Positions 9,313 to 19,589 of a stretch of DNA of 64,000 bases are shown here, in pieces. Both the position numbers and the translations under genes were made by a program. A model generated the notes under the pieces. It had not been told where the DNA came from, did not search any database, and saw only the letters and a program-made list of their open reading frames with translations. The first letter of the stretch is position 1, and the number at the start of each line of letters is the position of its first letter. Source of the DNA: an uncultured Acidobacteriota bacterium (GTDB lineage: Bacteria; Acidobacteriota; UBA6911); assembly GCA_963809485.1 (NCBI GenBank), contig CAWEJX010000020.1:832001-896000 (forward strand), read 5' to 3'.

Positions 9313-10710
9313 CTAATCCGGAGCTATTTCTTTTGCTTCTGGAGCGGCGGACAATTTCTTCTCGACATTCTCGAGGGTTTCCCCCTTGATATTGATGCGA
9401 TAGAAACAGACCAGGATTGCGCAGAGGATGCATGGAACGGCGAACAGGCCTAAATATTGATCGAACGAGAATCCCCGGGCCTGAAGAAAGCCGCCCAGCA
9501 GCGGTCCGCAGATCGCGCCGAACCTTCCCATGGTCAAGGCCCAGCCGACTCCCGTAGAGCGGACGAACGTGGGGTAAAACTCGCCCGTGACTGCGTGCTG
9601 AGCGGATTGGGCGCCATTGACGAAAAAACCGGCCGCTGCGCCGACCAGCACGAGACCTGCCGGGCTTCCGGTAAGGAGTCCGAAGAGCCACAGGGTGATG
9701 GCCGCAAATATGTACGAAAATATCAGGCTCGGCTTCCTGCCGAAACGGTCCATAAGGACACCGATGACCACAGCGCCCACTGCCCCGCCGATGTGATTCA
9801 GCGAAGTATACCCGTAGCTCTTTACCGGAGGGACGCCTGCGGCGACCAGCAGGGTCGGCAGCCAGGTGGTAAGCCCGTAGATGACCAGAAGGTTGCAGAA
9901 ATAAACCATCCATATCAGGAGTGTCGTGACGGCAAGTTTGGAGGCAAACAACTGACGAACGCCTGCACTTTTCGCCGCCGGGACGACAAAGCTCTCCCTG
10001 GCCCACCGAACCGGAGCGGTACCGGCCGCGCGCTCCATTCTTCTCAGAATCCCGATGGCATCCTCGAACCGCCCCTTTTGAGCCAGGAAGCGGATGGATT
10101 CCGGCAGGTAGACGTAAAGCACCGGCAGGAACAGAACCGGGATAAATGCAAACAACAGCATCAGCCGCCAACCGTATACGGGAACCAGCAGCATCGAGAG
10201 AAAGCCGGCCAGCGCAGGACCGATCATAAAACCTGCCATCATTGCGGCGACCATGCTCGCACGGATCCTTGCGGGCGCGAATTCCGTGGCCAGCGTGATG
10301 GTGAGGGTCAAAACGCCTCCGATTCCCAAACCGGAAATGAAGCGAAGAATACAGAAGCTTTGGAAATCAGGGGCCCAGTAGAGGGCGCCGCCAAAGAAAG
10401 AGAACAGGAACAGGCCTGTCAGAAGCGGAGTTTTTCTGCCAATCCTGTCGGCAAGCATCCCCAGGCCGGCAGTGCCTATCATGAGCCCCGCGAGCCCATA
10501 GGAAGCAAGCGATCCGGCTTCGACGGGGCTCAAATGCCAGTCCCTGATCATATCCGGCAAGATGTAAGCAATCACCTGAGAATAATAGCCGTCAAAAATC
10601 AGGGTGATCATGCCGAGAAGGATGAGGAGAGCGTGGAAGCGGTTGAACTTCTGTTCATCACAAAATTTGGCCGCCTCCGGCGCTTTCTCAGTCTCGACTT
10701 TTATGCTCAT
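9313..10710 (-). CDS. MFS transporter, aromatic acid:H+ symporter (AAHS; BenK/PcaK/MhpT-like)
   Basis: 12-TM pattern; FDGY in TM1, GMLADRIGRK, LRFISGLGIGG, EFAPARIR, PESIRFL, EFYPTFVRSTGVGWA. Confidence 0.85.
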   Translation of the reverse strand: MSIKVETEKAPEAAKFCDEQKFNRFHALLILLGMITLIFDGYYSQVIAYILPDMIRDWHLSPVEAGSLASYGLAGLMIGTAGLGMLADRIGRKTPLLTGLFLFSFFGGALYWAPDFQSFCILRFISGLGIGGVLTLTITLATEFAPARIRASMVAAMMAGFMIGPALAGFLSMLLVPVYGWRLMLLFAFIPVLFLPVLYVYLPESIRFLAQKGRFEDAIGILRRMERAAGTAPVRWARESFVVPAAKSAGVRQLFASKLAVTTLLIWMVYFCNLLVIYGLTTWLPTLLVAAGVPPVKSYGYTSLNHIGGAVGAVVIGVLMDRFGRKPSLIFSYIFAAITLWLFGLLTGSPAGLVLVGAAAGFFVNGAQSAQHAVTGEFYPTFVRSTGVGWALTMGRFGAICGPLLGGFLQARGFSFDQYLGLFAVPCILCAILVCFYRINIKGETLENVEKKLSAAPEAKEIAPD

Positions 10711-11056
10711 GGATTAGGTCATTCATCGTTACGAGAGCCTGCAATGAAATCCTCAGACCCCAAACATCCGAGGACGACAGGAACCTCGATCAACGGATAT
10801 CTGATTTCGATGATCCGGAGTTCCCTCACCTGTTTCGGCTTCCTGTGTGCAAACCGATCTTGAAATATGGCGCCGGAGCCATGAAGAAGCATCCGGCTGC
10901 CTGTGCATCCCGGCACTGTGAATTTGGGGCTTGGTCCCTAGAACCCGCTCGGTTACCATTTCGTGGGGTTCGGGAGTCCTTAGAATTCCAAATCCCCAAA
11001 ATGCATCCAGGGCTCACGGGCTTCAAAACAGAGTTTACTTCAGAAAGAGGCGCGGC

Positions 11057-12121
11057 ATGCGATTAAGTTTTAGAGCGGCGGCGGTTTTGGCGCTGATCCT
11101 TTCGGGCATTTGCCCGGGCAACCGACTGCTTTGCGGTCAGAAACGAAGCTCCACCGCCGGCAAGCAGGTGGCATCGGTCGACGGCGTGGCAATAACGGAA
11201 ACCCAGGTCCGGGAGGCCGGAACGGCTGATCTGGACTCGCTGGAATTGCAGGTCCTTAAATCCAAGGCCTCGTTTGCCCGGAAAGAGCATGCGATACTCG
11301 AGAAATCGCTGAACGATCTCATCGAGCAGAAGCTGCTGCAGTCCGAGGCAGCCCGGCGAGGGATTTCCAAGGAAGAACTGCTCGCCAGGGAACTCCGGCA
11401 GAATGCGCAGGAACCCACGGAAAAGGAAATTGACGCCTTTTACCAATCGAACAAGCAGCGCATCAATAAGCCCAGGGAGGAAGTGGCTGCCCAGATAAAA
11501 AAATACCTGGCGCAGCAGAAGGAGAGCGGCGCCCGGGAAACATTCCTGAAAAAGCTGGAGACGGAGCACCGCGTCGTTCGATCGCTTCCACCGCTGCGCT
11601 TCGAAGTAGATGCTGCCGGACGCCCTTTTCTCGGCCCCGCTTCCGCGCCGGTCACCCTGGTGGTTTTCTCGGATTTTCAATGCCCCTATTGCAAAAACTA
11701 CAGCACGACGCTGAAGGAACTGCCAAAGAACTACGGCAAGAAGGTTCGCCTTGTTTTCCGCCAGTTCCCTCTCACCAGCATGCATCGTTTTGCCCAAAAG
11801 GCTGCGGAAGCCTCTCTGTGCGCGGCGGAGCAGGGCCGTTTCTGGGAAATGCACGACCTGCTGTTCCAGGATATCAAAAGCCTGGAAAACAGCGATCTCA
11901 AGGCAAAAGCGGTCAAGCTCGGCCTCAATTCCGCCGCGTTCAATGCCTGTCTCGATCAGTCGCGAACCAGCGGCAGGATCCGCGAGGATATACACGCCGG
12001 AGCCGGAGCCGGGGTGGACGGCACCCCTGCGTTGTTTGTTAACGGCAGGTATTTGAACGGGGTCCGCCCCTATGAAGAGATCGCTGCCATAGTCGATGAG
12101 GAGCTGAATACAAAGCGCTAG
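11057..12121 (+). CDS. Exported DsbA/thioredoxin-fold protein with SurA-like N-terminal helical domain
   Basis: Signal peptide; FSDFQCPYC (CxxC), QFPL, GVDGTPALFVNG. Start taken at ATG 11057. Confidence 0.85.
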   Translation: MRLSFRAAAVLALILSGICPGNRLLCGQKRSSTAGKQVASVDGVAITETQVREAGTADLDSLELQVLKSKASFARKEHAILEKSLNDLIEQKLLQSEAARRGISKEELLARELRQNAQEPTEKEIDAFYQSNKQRINKPREEVAAQIKKYLAQQKESGARETFLKKLETEHRVVRSLPPLRFEVDAAGRPFLGPASAPVTLVVFSDFQCPYCKNYSTTLKELPKNYGKKVRLVFRQFPLTSMHRFAQKAAEASLCAAEQGRFWEMHDLLFQDIKSLENSDLKAKAVKLGLNSAAFNACLDQSRTSGRIREDIHAGAGAGVDGTPALFVNGRYLNGVRPYEEIAAIVDEELNTKR

Positions 12122-12306
12122 CGTCCCATTTGTGCCATGCTTTCCTGATACAACTGCGAGGTGATTTGAGACCGCAGGTTGCAGTTCGGACCGTCATGCT
12201 GCAACCTGGAACCTTCAATCGATGGAATACATGCCCGCCGGAGACGCAGCAGCAGGAAAGCCCTGAATAACGCGCAGAATCGCCAAAAAGCTCAGGAGAT
12301 CCGAGG

Positions 12307-14415
12307 ATGAGGCTTTTTCGGGCAGGAGTGGGTGTATTGCTTTTGTTTTGTTCGGCTGGCCAATTCGCCCGGCCGGAGCAGGCCCAGGCTCGCAGGACTT
12401 TTGAGATCGCCGATTATTATCAAACCGCCTTTGTTTCAGCACCTGCCGTAAGTCCTGACGGGAAACATGTCGTTTTCACGGTGCGCCGCTATGACCTCGA
12501 GCGGGGAAACACCTGGTCCGAAATCTGGATAATGGCGGCCGATGGCGGCACTTTGCGCCAGATGACTTTCGGTCATTATAACGACGTCTCGCCGGCCTTT
12601 TCCATCGACGGCAAACAGCTGCTATTTATTTCGGACCGGGCGGGAGACAAGTCCCAGCTCTTCACCCTTCGGTTCGACGGCGGCGAGCCGGTCCAGCTCA
12701 CATACTTTTCGACAGGCGTTTCGGACCCGAGGTTGTCTCCAGATGGCCGCTGGATTGCCGTAACCGCGCGTGTTTATCCGGAGTGCGGAGCTGACGATGC
12801 CTGCAATCGCGCGATGGCCGAGGGATTGGAGCAAGGGAGACTCCGGGCTCATGTTGCGGACAGCCTGCTCTACCGGCACTGGACTTCCTGGCGGGACGGA
12901 ACCTGCGCTCATATCCTGCTTGTGGATGCAAAAGATGGAAAAATCATCCGGGATCTTACACCGGGAAACTGGGACAGCCCAACTTTCTCTGTGACCGGGG
13001 ATCGCGGATATGACTTCTCGCCGGACGGCCGCGAGCTCTGCTATGTTTCCAACCACGATCCGGATCCGGCCAGCTCGACTAATGCCGACCTGTGGATCGT
13101 GCCTGTCGAAGGGGAAACTCGCTCCGCGCGTAATGTTACGGCGACAAACCAGGGCTGGGATGGAAGCCCCCTGTACTCTCCCGACGGTCGATATATCGGA
13201 TATCGCAGTCAGGCAACGCCCGGGTATGAATCGGCTTTGTACAGGCTTGCCGTTTACGATCGGGGCGCACAGATCATTCGCTACCTCACGGATGTGGCCA
13301 ATCATGACAACTGGGTTTCGGGCCTGGCGTGGCCTTCCGATTCCAAAGCCCTATTCTTCCAGGGTGAAGACAGGGCTCGGAATCCCATTTACCGCATGGA
13401 CCTGGAAACGGGCGCGATAAAGCTCATTCTGACTGACGGGGATATCGACAAATGGCTGCTGACACCGGATGGCAGGACGCTGATCTATGTCCGCAGCAAA
13501 ATCAGCGAACCACCGGAAATTTATCGGGCCGCCGTGAATGCTTCCGATTCGCGCCCTTTGACTCGCTTCAACACCGATCTCATCCGCCAGGTGGATTTCC
13601 GCAAACCGGAGGAAATGTGGGTCCAGGGAGCCGGCAACTATAAAATCCACGTATTCGTAATCAAGCCGCATGGCTTTGATCCGGCGTCGAAATACCCGCT
13701 GATTCTTAATGTGCACGGCGGCCCCCAATCCCAATGGACAGACTCCTATCGCGGGGACTGGCAAGTCTATACGGGCAAAGGCTATGTCGTGGCATTCGCC
13801 AATCCCACCGGATCCACGGGTTACGGACAGAAATTCACGGATGCGATCCGCAAAGACTGGGGTGGACGGGTGTTCCAGGATCTCATGCTGGTCACGGATG
13901 AGATGGAGAAGCTTCCTTATGTCGACAAGGAACGTATGGGCGCCATGGGTTGGTCCTACGGCGGATATATGACCATGTGGTTTGAAGGGAACACTCCGCG
14001 TTTCAAGGCGCTTGCTTCCATGATGGGGCTCTACAACCTGCCCGCGTTTCACGGCGCAACAGAGGAATTATGGTTCCCGGAATGGGATCTGGGAGGCGCG
14101 CCGTGGGATTCGGAATTCTACAGGAAATGGTCTCCTTCCGAACATGTGAGGAAATTTAAAACTCCCTGCCTCGTAATCACCGGCGAAAGGGACTTCAGGG
14201 TTCCATATACCCAAAGCCTCGAGTTTTTTACCGCGCTTCAAAAGATGAAGGTGCCTTCAAAACTGATTGTCTTCCAGAACGCCGGGCATTGGCCCGACTG
14301 GTATGATATGGCGTTTTACTACAACGCTCATCTGGACTGGTTTCATCGCTGGCTGGGAGGCGAGCCGGCGCCCTACGAAATGCAAAAATTCCAGCGCAAC
14401 CAGCTATCCCGGTAA
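12307..14415 (+). CDS. S9 family (prolyl oligopeptidase/acylaminoacyl) peptidase, exported
   Basis: Signal peptide, PD40/beta-propeller SPDG repeats, HGGP, GWSYGG nucleophile, DFRVP, AGH. Confidence 0.92.
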   Translation: MRLFRAGVGVLLLFCSAGQFARPEQAQARRTFEIADYYQTAFVSAPAVSPDGKHVVFTVRRYDLERGNTWSEIWIMAADGGTLRQMTFGHYNDVSPAFSIDGKQLLFISDRAGDKSQLFTLRFDGGEPVQLTYFSTGVSDPRLSPDGRWIAVTARVYPECGADDACNRAMAEGLEQGRLRAHVADSLLYRHWTSWRDGTCAHILLVDAKDGKIIRDLTPGNWDSPTFSVTGDRGYDFSPDGRELCYVSNHDPDPASSTNADLWIVPVEGETRSARNVTATNQGWDGSPLYSPDGRYIGYRSQATPGYESALYRLAVYDRGAQIIRYLTDVANHDNWVSGLAWPSDSKALFFQGEDRARNPIYRMDLETGAIKLILTDGDIDKWLLTPDGRTLIYVRSKISEPPEIYRAAVNASDSRPLTRFNTDLIRQVDFRKPEEMWVQGAGNYKIHVFVIKPHGFDPASKYPLILNVHGGPQSQWTDSYRGDWQVYTGKGYVVAFANPTGSTGYGQKFTDAIRKDWGGRVFQDLMLVTDEMEKLPYVDKERMGAMGWSYGGYMTMWFEGNTPRFKALASMMGLYNLPAFHGATEELWFPEWDLGGAPWDSEFYRKWSPSEHVRKFKTPCLVITGERDFRVPYTQSLEFFTALQKMKVPSKLIVFQNAGHWPDWYDMAFYYNAHLDWFHRWLGGEPAPYEMQKFQRNQLSR

Positions 14416-14417
14416 AT

Positions 14418-14440
14418 CCAGCCGGGGGATTGCCGGCTTA
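14418..14440. terminator. Hairpin between convergent S9 peptidase and trkH
   Basis: AGCCGG-GGGATTG-CCGGCT stem immediately after the stop codon; weak U-tract. Confidence 0.35.
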
Positions 14441-14501
14441 TGAATTCAGCTGTCCGTTTGTCGCTGTAACTCTGAGTTAAAAAATTGGACATGCGGCCGG
14501 A

Positions 14502-15953
14502 CTATTTGCGCCAGTAGGCCGGGGTAAACAGCACGATTACGGTATAGAATTCCAGCCTCCCTGCCAGCATGCATACCGTGAGGACCCATTTGGCCAAATC
14601 CGGCATGGTTCCGTAATTGTCATAGGGCCCGATTGCGCCAAGACCCGGCCCGACGTTGAACATGCAGGCCACGACAGCGGTGATGGACGTAAGAATGTCC
14701 AATCCGCAGGCGGTCAGAATTAGCGAAGCGGCGAAATTGACCAGCAAAGCCAGGTGGATAAGGTTCAGCAATCCCTGGATGGTTGCTTCGTGGACCGGGG
14801 TGCCGCCCAGGCGGACAGCGTAGACGCCACGGCGATTTATCACTCTATGGAACTGCCGTGCCACCACTTTAAAGAGGAGCGCGATGCGGCCGACTTTGAG
14901 TCCTCCTGCCGTAGAACCCGCACAACCGCCGATGAACATCAGTGCAATCAACAGCAATTGGGCGAAATGCGGCCAGATTTCGAAGTTGGCGCTTGAAAAC
15001 CCGGTTGTGGTCATTATGGATGAAACCTGGAATAGGGCTTGCCGGGCAGCGGAGGCTGGATGCGTGCCAGCGACAAAAACCAATGAAGCCGCAATAGCCA
15101 GTGTCGTTCCGGAAATTACCAGCAGGTAGAGCCGGAATTCCGAATCAGCCGTAATCCGGCGAACCGATCCCTGCACCAGCAGCCGGTAGTGCAGGGTAAA
15201 GTTGACGCCGGCCAGCAGCATGAACAGGATAAGGATCGCTTCGATGACCGGGCTGTGAAAAGCTTCCACGCTGATATTGCGGGTTGAGAATCCCCCCGTG
15301 CCCATGGTTGAAAAGGTGTGGCACAGCGAATCGAGCCAGTCCATTCCGGCGAGTCTGAGGGCGGCATATTCCAGGACACCGAATGCCACATAAATTTTCC
15401 AGAGAGCCTTTGCCGTTTCGGCGATCCTGGGAGTGAGCTTTTCAGACCGCGCCCCGGAAAACTCGGCTTGATAAAGCTCGATCCCGCCCACACCCATAAG
15501 CGGCAAAACCGCGATTCCCAGAAGGATGATGCCCATTCCTCCAACCCAATGCGTGAAGCATCGCCAGAATTGCAGGCTCCTGGGCAAAACCTCGACCGAG
15601 GCAAGAATCGTCGCGCCCGTGGTCGTGAAGCCCGAAACCGATTCAAAGAGCGCATCCGTCGCGGTTGGGTAAAAGGGGGAAAGCCGGAAAGGAATGGCGC
15701 CGAAAACACAGATGACGAGCCAGCTGAGGGTAACCAGGAGCAACCCGTCCCTGTGGCTCAACTCTTCATCGGAACGTCTCGAAAACCGGCGCAACAGCAT
15801 GGCAGCTGCGGCCGTCACAGCCAGAGACAGCAGCAAGGGCCGGAGCCCGATGTCTCTATAGGCGATGGCAATGCCGAGCGGCAGCAGGAGCGAGAAAGCC
15901 TCGCCGAAAAGGATGAAGGAAAGGAACCTTAGGACTATGTTCCAGTGGATCAC
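14502..15953 (-). CDS. trkH: Trk potassium uptake membrane protein
   Basis: FESVSGFTTTG, STMGTGGF, SIMTTTG, GSTAGGLK, NVGPG, MLAGRLE. Confidence 0.95.
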   Translation of the reverse strand: MIHWNIVLRFLSFILFGEAFSLLLPLGIAIAYRDIGLRPLLLSLAVTAAAAMLLRRFSRRSDEELSHRDGLLLVTLSWLVICVFGAIPFRLSPFYPTATDALFESVSGFTTTGATILASVEVLPRSLQFWRCFTHWVGGMGIILLGIAVLPLMGVGGIELYQAEFSGARSEKLTPRIAETAKALWKIYVAFGVLEYAALRLAGMDWLDSLCHTFSTMGTGGFSTRNISVEAFHSPVIEAILILFMLLAGVNFTLHYRLLVQGSVRRITADSEFRLYLLVISGTTLAIAASLVFVAGTHPASAARQALFQVSSIMTTTGFSSANFEIWPHFAQLLLIALMFIGGCAGSTAGGLKVGRIALLFKVVARQFHRVINRRGVYAVRLGGTPVHEATIQGLLNLIHLALLVNFAASLILTACGLDILTSITAVVACMFNVGPGLGAIGPYDNYGTMPDLAKWVLTVCMLAGRLEFYTVIVLFTPAYWRK

Positions 15954-15971
15954 TTGGGCTCTCTGACAATT

Positions 15972-17327
15972 TCAGGCGATGAATGCGGACTCCAGCCGCG
16001 TCACGATCTGCTCCAGGCAGAAGAACACGACCCGATCGCCTGTCTGGATTATGCTGTCGCCGGAGGGCACCTCCACATCACCCGAGGAACGCGCAATGGC
16101 TCCGACAATGACACCCCGGGGCAGGTTGAGCTTGCGCAGGGGTTTTCCCACATACTTGGAACGGGAAGTTGCCACCAGTTCCAGCGCCTCCACTTCTTCG
16201 TTCCGGAAAGTGGTGACTGAAAAAATTTTCCCTTTCCGCACAAACCGGAGGATGCGATCGACCACCGCCAGCCGGGTGCTGAATATCGAATTGATTCCCA
16301 GCATCTGGGCCATCGGCAGCAGGTCGAGCCTGTTGACGAGGGCGACAGCCTTGCGAGCGCCGAGCCGGCGGGCCAATAGGCATGCGATGATGTTGTCTTC
16401 GTCGTCAGCCGAAAGTGCCAGGTAGGCGTCGATGCCCTCGATGTTTTCTTCGGAAAGCACACGCTGCTCCATCCCGTCCGCGTGGACCACAACGGCGTTT
16501 TCGAAAAGGCCCGAGATCAGCTCGCACCGGTGCAGGTCGCGCTCGAACAGCTTGACCTGGACTCCCTGGCGCTCGAGGCGCAGGGCCGCCTCGATGCCGA
16601 TCTGCCTCCCCCCCACAATAAAAACGCGCTGGATCTCCTTCGGCGGCGGCAGGCCCACGAATTCCGCCACGGCCGCGTAATCGCTTGAGGGCACCATGAT
16701 GTAAACATGGTCGCCCGCGCGCAAGTCATCCTCGCCACGCGGTATGATGACCCGATGCGCTCTAAAAATCATGGCCATCAGCGCGTTTCTTGCCGGCTTC
16801 ATGCGATTCAGTTCCTGGATTGTCTTGCCGATCACCCAGCTGCCTGCCTCAATGTTCATCCCGAAGAGCTTCACCCGGCCATCGGCGAAGTCATAGATCT
16901 CGGAAACGCCTGCAAGACTGAGCACGTTGAGGATGCGATCCACCGTCTCACGATCCGGGTGGATCACCAGGTCCACTTTGAGCATGTCACTCTCGCAGAT
17001 CGAGCGCCAGCTGTCGACCTCATGAGTCCGGAGGCGCACCACCTTGATTTTCACATTCGAATGGGCCTGGGCGATCAGGCAAGCCAGGAGATTGGTTTCA
17101 TCACTCTGCGTGACGGCTATCAGCATCTCGGCGTCCTGGAGGCCCGCGCGCTTGAGCGTATCGATGCTGCTAGCATTGCCGCAGACAACTTTGACATCGA
17201 GCGCTTCCTCCAGCTCGGTGCAACGGTCCTGGTCGATTTCAACCAGGGCCACTTCGTTTTGTTCGCGCGTCAATCGCCTGGCAATCAGGTTGCCTACCTG
17301 ACCGCCTCCAAGAATGAGTATGCGCAT
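15972..17327 (-). CDS. trkA: Trk potassium uptake regulatory subunit (double RCK)
   Basis: Two GxGxxG-like Rossmann motifs (GGGQVG, GGRQIG), AVTQSDETN, two TrkA-C domains. Confidence 0.95.
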   Translation of the reverse strand: MRILILGGGQVGNLIARRLTREQNEVALVEIDQDRCTELEEALDVKVVCGNASSIDTLKRAGLQDAEMLIAVTQSDETNLLACLIAQAHSNVKIKVVRLRTHEVDSWRSICESDMLKVDLVIHPDRETVDRILNVLSLAGVSEIYDFADGRVKLFGMNIEAGSWVIGKTIQELNRMKPARNALMAMIFRAHRVIIPRGEDDLRAGDHVYIMVPSSDYAAVAEFVGLPPPKEIQRVFIVGGRQIGIEAALRLERQGVQVKLFERDLHRCELISGLFENAVVVHADGMEQRVLSEENIEGIDAYLALSADDEDNIIACLLARRLGARKAVALVNRLDLLPMAQMLGINSIFSTRLAVVDRILRFVRKGKIFSVTTFRNEEVEALELVATSRSKYVGKPLRKLNLPRGVIVGAIARSSGDVEVPSGDSIIQTGDRVVFFCLEQIVTRLESAFIA

Positions 17328-17452
17328 GCGGATACCCTCAATAGCAATCCGGACCGACAGGGAACAAGATGTCCCAGTGCAACGGCCCGCCCTATCATAT
17401 CCTGACAGGTGGCAAATTGTGTACTCATTGCACGTGGACCATTGCCTTATTG

Positions 17453-17539
17453 ATCGGTGTTTGTCAGCGTGTGTCGGCGTTCAATGATCCTGGGGCTCTC
17501 AAACTCTGAGAGTCCCCCGGCAGGGCTGTGGGATTACCA
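17453..17539 (+). repeat. Degenerate copy of dispersed repeat family A
   Basis: ATCGGTGTTTGTCAGCG...CTCTCAAACTCTGAGAGTCCCCCGGCAGGGCTGTGGGATTACCA aligns with the copies at 23391 and 61118. Confidence 0.75.
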
Positions 17540-17574
17540 GTTTATTCATTCGGATTGTGGGCACAGGGTATCGC

Positions 17575-18222
17575 CTAGATATAGTGTTTGCGGAGGGCGT
17601 ACCGAACGAGCTCTGCGGTCTTGCGGACGTTCAGCTTGTTCATCATGTTGGCGCGGTGCCGTTCCACGGTGCGGACGCTGATGCACAGCAGATCCCCGAT
17701 TTCCTTGTTGGACTTGCCCTCGGCAATCAGCTTTAGAATTTCCCTTTGCCGGACCGTCAGCGATTCGGCAGGGCCGGCATCATCTTCTCCGCGGCGCAGC
17801 CGGACCCAGTTCTGCATCGATTGATCCACCAGGCTCGGCGAAATGTATATTTTACCGCGCTGGATATTTTCAATCGCCGTGAAGAGCTCACCCTCTGCGT
17901 CCTCCTTGAGCAGGTATCCGTTTGCGCCGGCGGAAATTGCCTGGTGAAGGTACTCCTCTTCCCTGTACATGGTGAGAACCAGCACCTTTACCGCAGGCCG
18001 GATCTGCCGGATCTCCGGGATCGCCTCGATTCCGCGCAGATGAGGCATGGATACATCGAGGATGACCATGTCCGGATCTATCTTGTGCAAGACACTGACC
18101 AGTTCCAGTCCGTCGCCAGCCTCGCCGGCTATTTCAAGATTGGGATTTTCCTCCAATATGCGCCTCAATCCGCGCCGGACCAGGATGTGATCGTCAGCCA
18201 AAACAACCCGATACGTTTTCAC
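17575..18222 (-). CDS. NarL/LuxR-family response regulator
   Basis: LADDH, LDVSMP, GANGYLLK, C-terminal LTVRQREILKLIAEGKSNKEI...TVERHR HTH. Confidence 0.95.
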   Translation of the reverse strand: MKTYRVVLADDHILVRRGLRRILEENPNLEIAGEAGDGLELVSVLHKIDPDMVILDVSMPHLRGIEAIPEIRQIRPAVKVLVLTMYREEEYLHQAISAGANGYLLKEDAEGELFTAIENIQRGKIYISPSLVDQSMQNWVRLRRGEDDAGPAESLTVRQREILKLIAEGKSNKEIGDLLCISVRTVERHRANMMNKLNVRKTAELVRYALRKHYI

Positions 18223-18538
18223 ACTTCAATCTCCCGGCCGGTTTTTTGCCTAAACCTCCGGCACTTCGGCTTTTTGGAATGGCGAGAGCAAGATACCCAG
18301 CTTCAAGGACTACCATCCCACCAAATACGGCGGATGTCAACGGTTGAAAAGCCCGTTGATTGAGAACCGGATGCCGCGGTAGATTTTCTCCGTTTATGCC
18401 GTAGAGAATTCCCTGCAGCCTTTTTCGTAGCGGACGTTGCACGGGCATTCTGGTATAAATACCCGCACGATTCGGGCTGCGGAAATGGCCCCGGGATCCG
18501 GTGTTTGAATACACGGATCCAAGAACGCAGGAGTAGGG

Positions 18539-19558
18539 ATGGACAGTCAGTTGATCGTTGTATTCATCGTGATCGTCGTTGCGCTCTTATTTGATTTCCT
18601 CAATGGTTTTCACGATGCCGCGAACTCAATCGCCACGGTAGTGTCAACCAGAGTCCTGTCGCCCCGCGCCGCGGTATTGCTGGCGGCCGTGTGCAACTTC
18701 AGTGCGGCTTTTTTCCTGGAAACGAAGGTTGCGGCCACGATTGGCCATGACATCGTTCATCCACAGTTTCTGGATCCCTATATGGTCATGTTCGGCCTGT
18801 TTGGGGCGATAATATGGGACCTGATAACCTGGTGGTTCGGATTGCCGACCAGTTCCTCGCATGCGCTTGTGGGAGGCTTCGGGGGAGCGGCTGTAGCCAA
18901 AGCGGGGTGGATTGCACTGAAGCCCGCAGGATTCCTTAAGATCGTCCCGTTTATCGTGATAGCGCCCATCATCGGCGTCATATTGGGCCGCCTGATGATG
19001 ATGCTGATGAACTACCTCTTTCGCGGTTCCTCGCCGAGGAAAGTGGATAAGTTGTTTCGCAGAGGCCAGCTTGTTTCAGCCTCCATTTTCAGCTTCAGCC
19101 ATGGCATGAACGATGCGCAGAAAACTATGGGCATTATCCTGGCTCTTCTGATTTCTGCCAATCTGGCGTCCGCGACTTCCCCGGACGGCAGAGCCCATAT
19201 CCCTCTTTGGGTGATCTTCGCCTGCAATACCGCCATGGGTTTGGGAACCTATTTCGGAGGCTGGAGAATTGTCAAAACTCTGGGAATGCGGCTTACCAAG
19301 CTGCTGCCGGTGGGCGGATTCTGCGCCGAAACCGGAGGGGGTGTCACAATCGTGTTCCTTTCCCTGCTCGGGATTCCTCTGAGCACGACGCACACGATCA
19401 CGGGCGCAATCATCGGAGTCGGCTCGGTCCAGCGAATGTCGGCCGTGCGATGGGGAGTTGCCCGAAATATTCTCTGGGCCTGGGTTCTCACGATTCCATG
19501 CTCCGCCCTGATCGGAGCTTTGCTCGAGTTCCTGGCGCGCCCCTTTCTCCCGAAATAA
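18539..19558 (+). CDS. pit: PiT-family inorganic phosphate transporter
   Basis: NGFHDAANSIAT, GLPTSSSHA, HGMNDAQK, GIPLSTTH. Confidence 0.93.
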   Translation: MDSQLIVVFIVIVVALLFDFLNGFHDAANSIATVVSTRVLSPRAAVLLAAVCNFSAAFFLETKVAATIGHDIVHPQFLDPYMVMFGLFGAIIWDLITWWFGLPTSSSHALVGGFGGAAVAKAGWIALKPAGFLKIVPFIVIAPIIGVILGRLMMMLMNYLFRGSSPRKVDKLFRRGQLVSASIFSFSHGMNDAQKTMGIILALLISANLASATSPDGRAHIPLWVIFACNTAMGLGTYFGGWRIVKTLGMRLTKLLPVGGFCAETGGGVTIVFLSLLGIPLSTTHTITGAIIGVGSVQRMSAVRWGVARNILWAWVLTIPCSALIGALLEFLARPFLPK

Positions 19559-19589
19559 ACGGGCGTTCGAGAATCGCGGATTGCGCGGC

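Noticed and set aside
7829-10863. Long plus-strand ORFs (391 aa, 468 aa) and similar shadows at 3886-4960, 22127-23167, 34164-35378, 36979-38034 and 62652-63914
   Set aside because: Antisense or alternate-frame shadows of well-supported genes in GC-rich DNA; no recognisable motifs.
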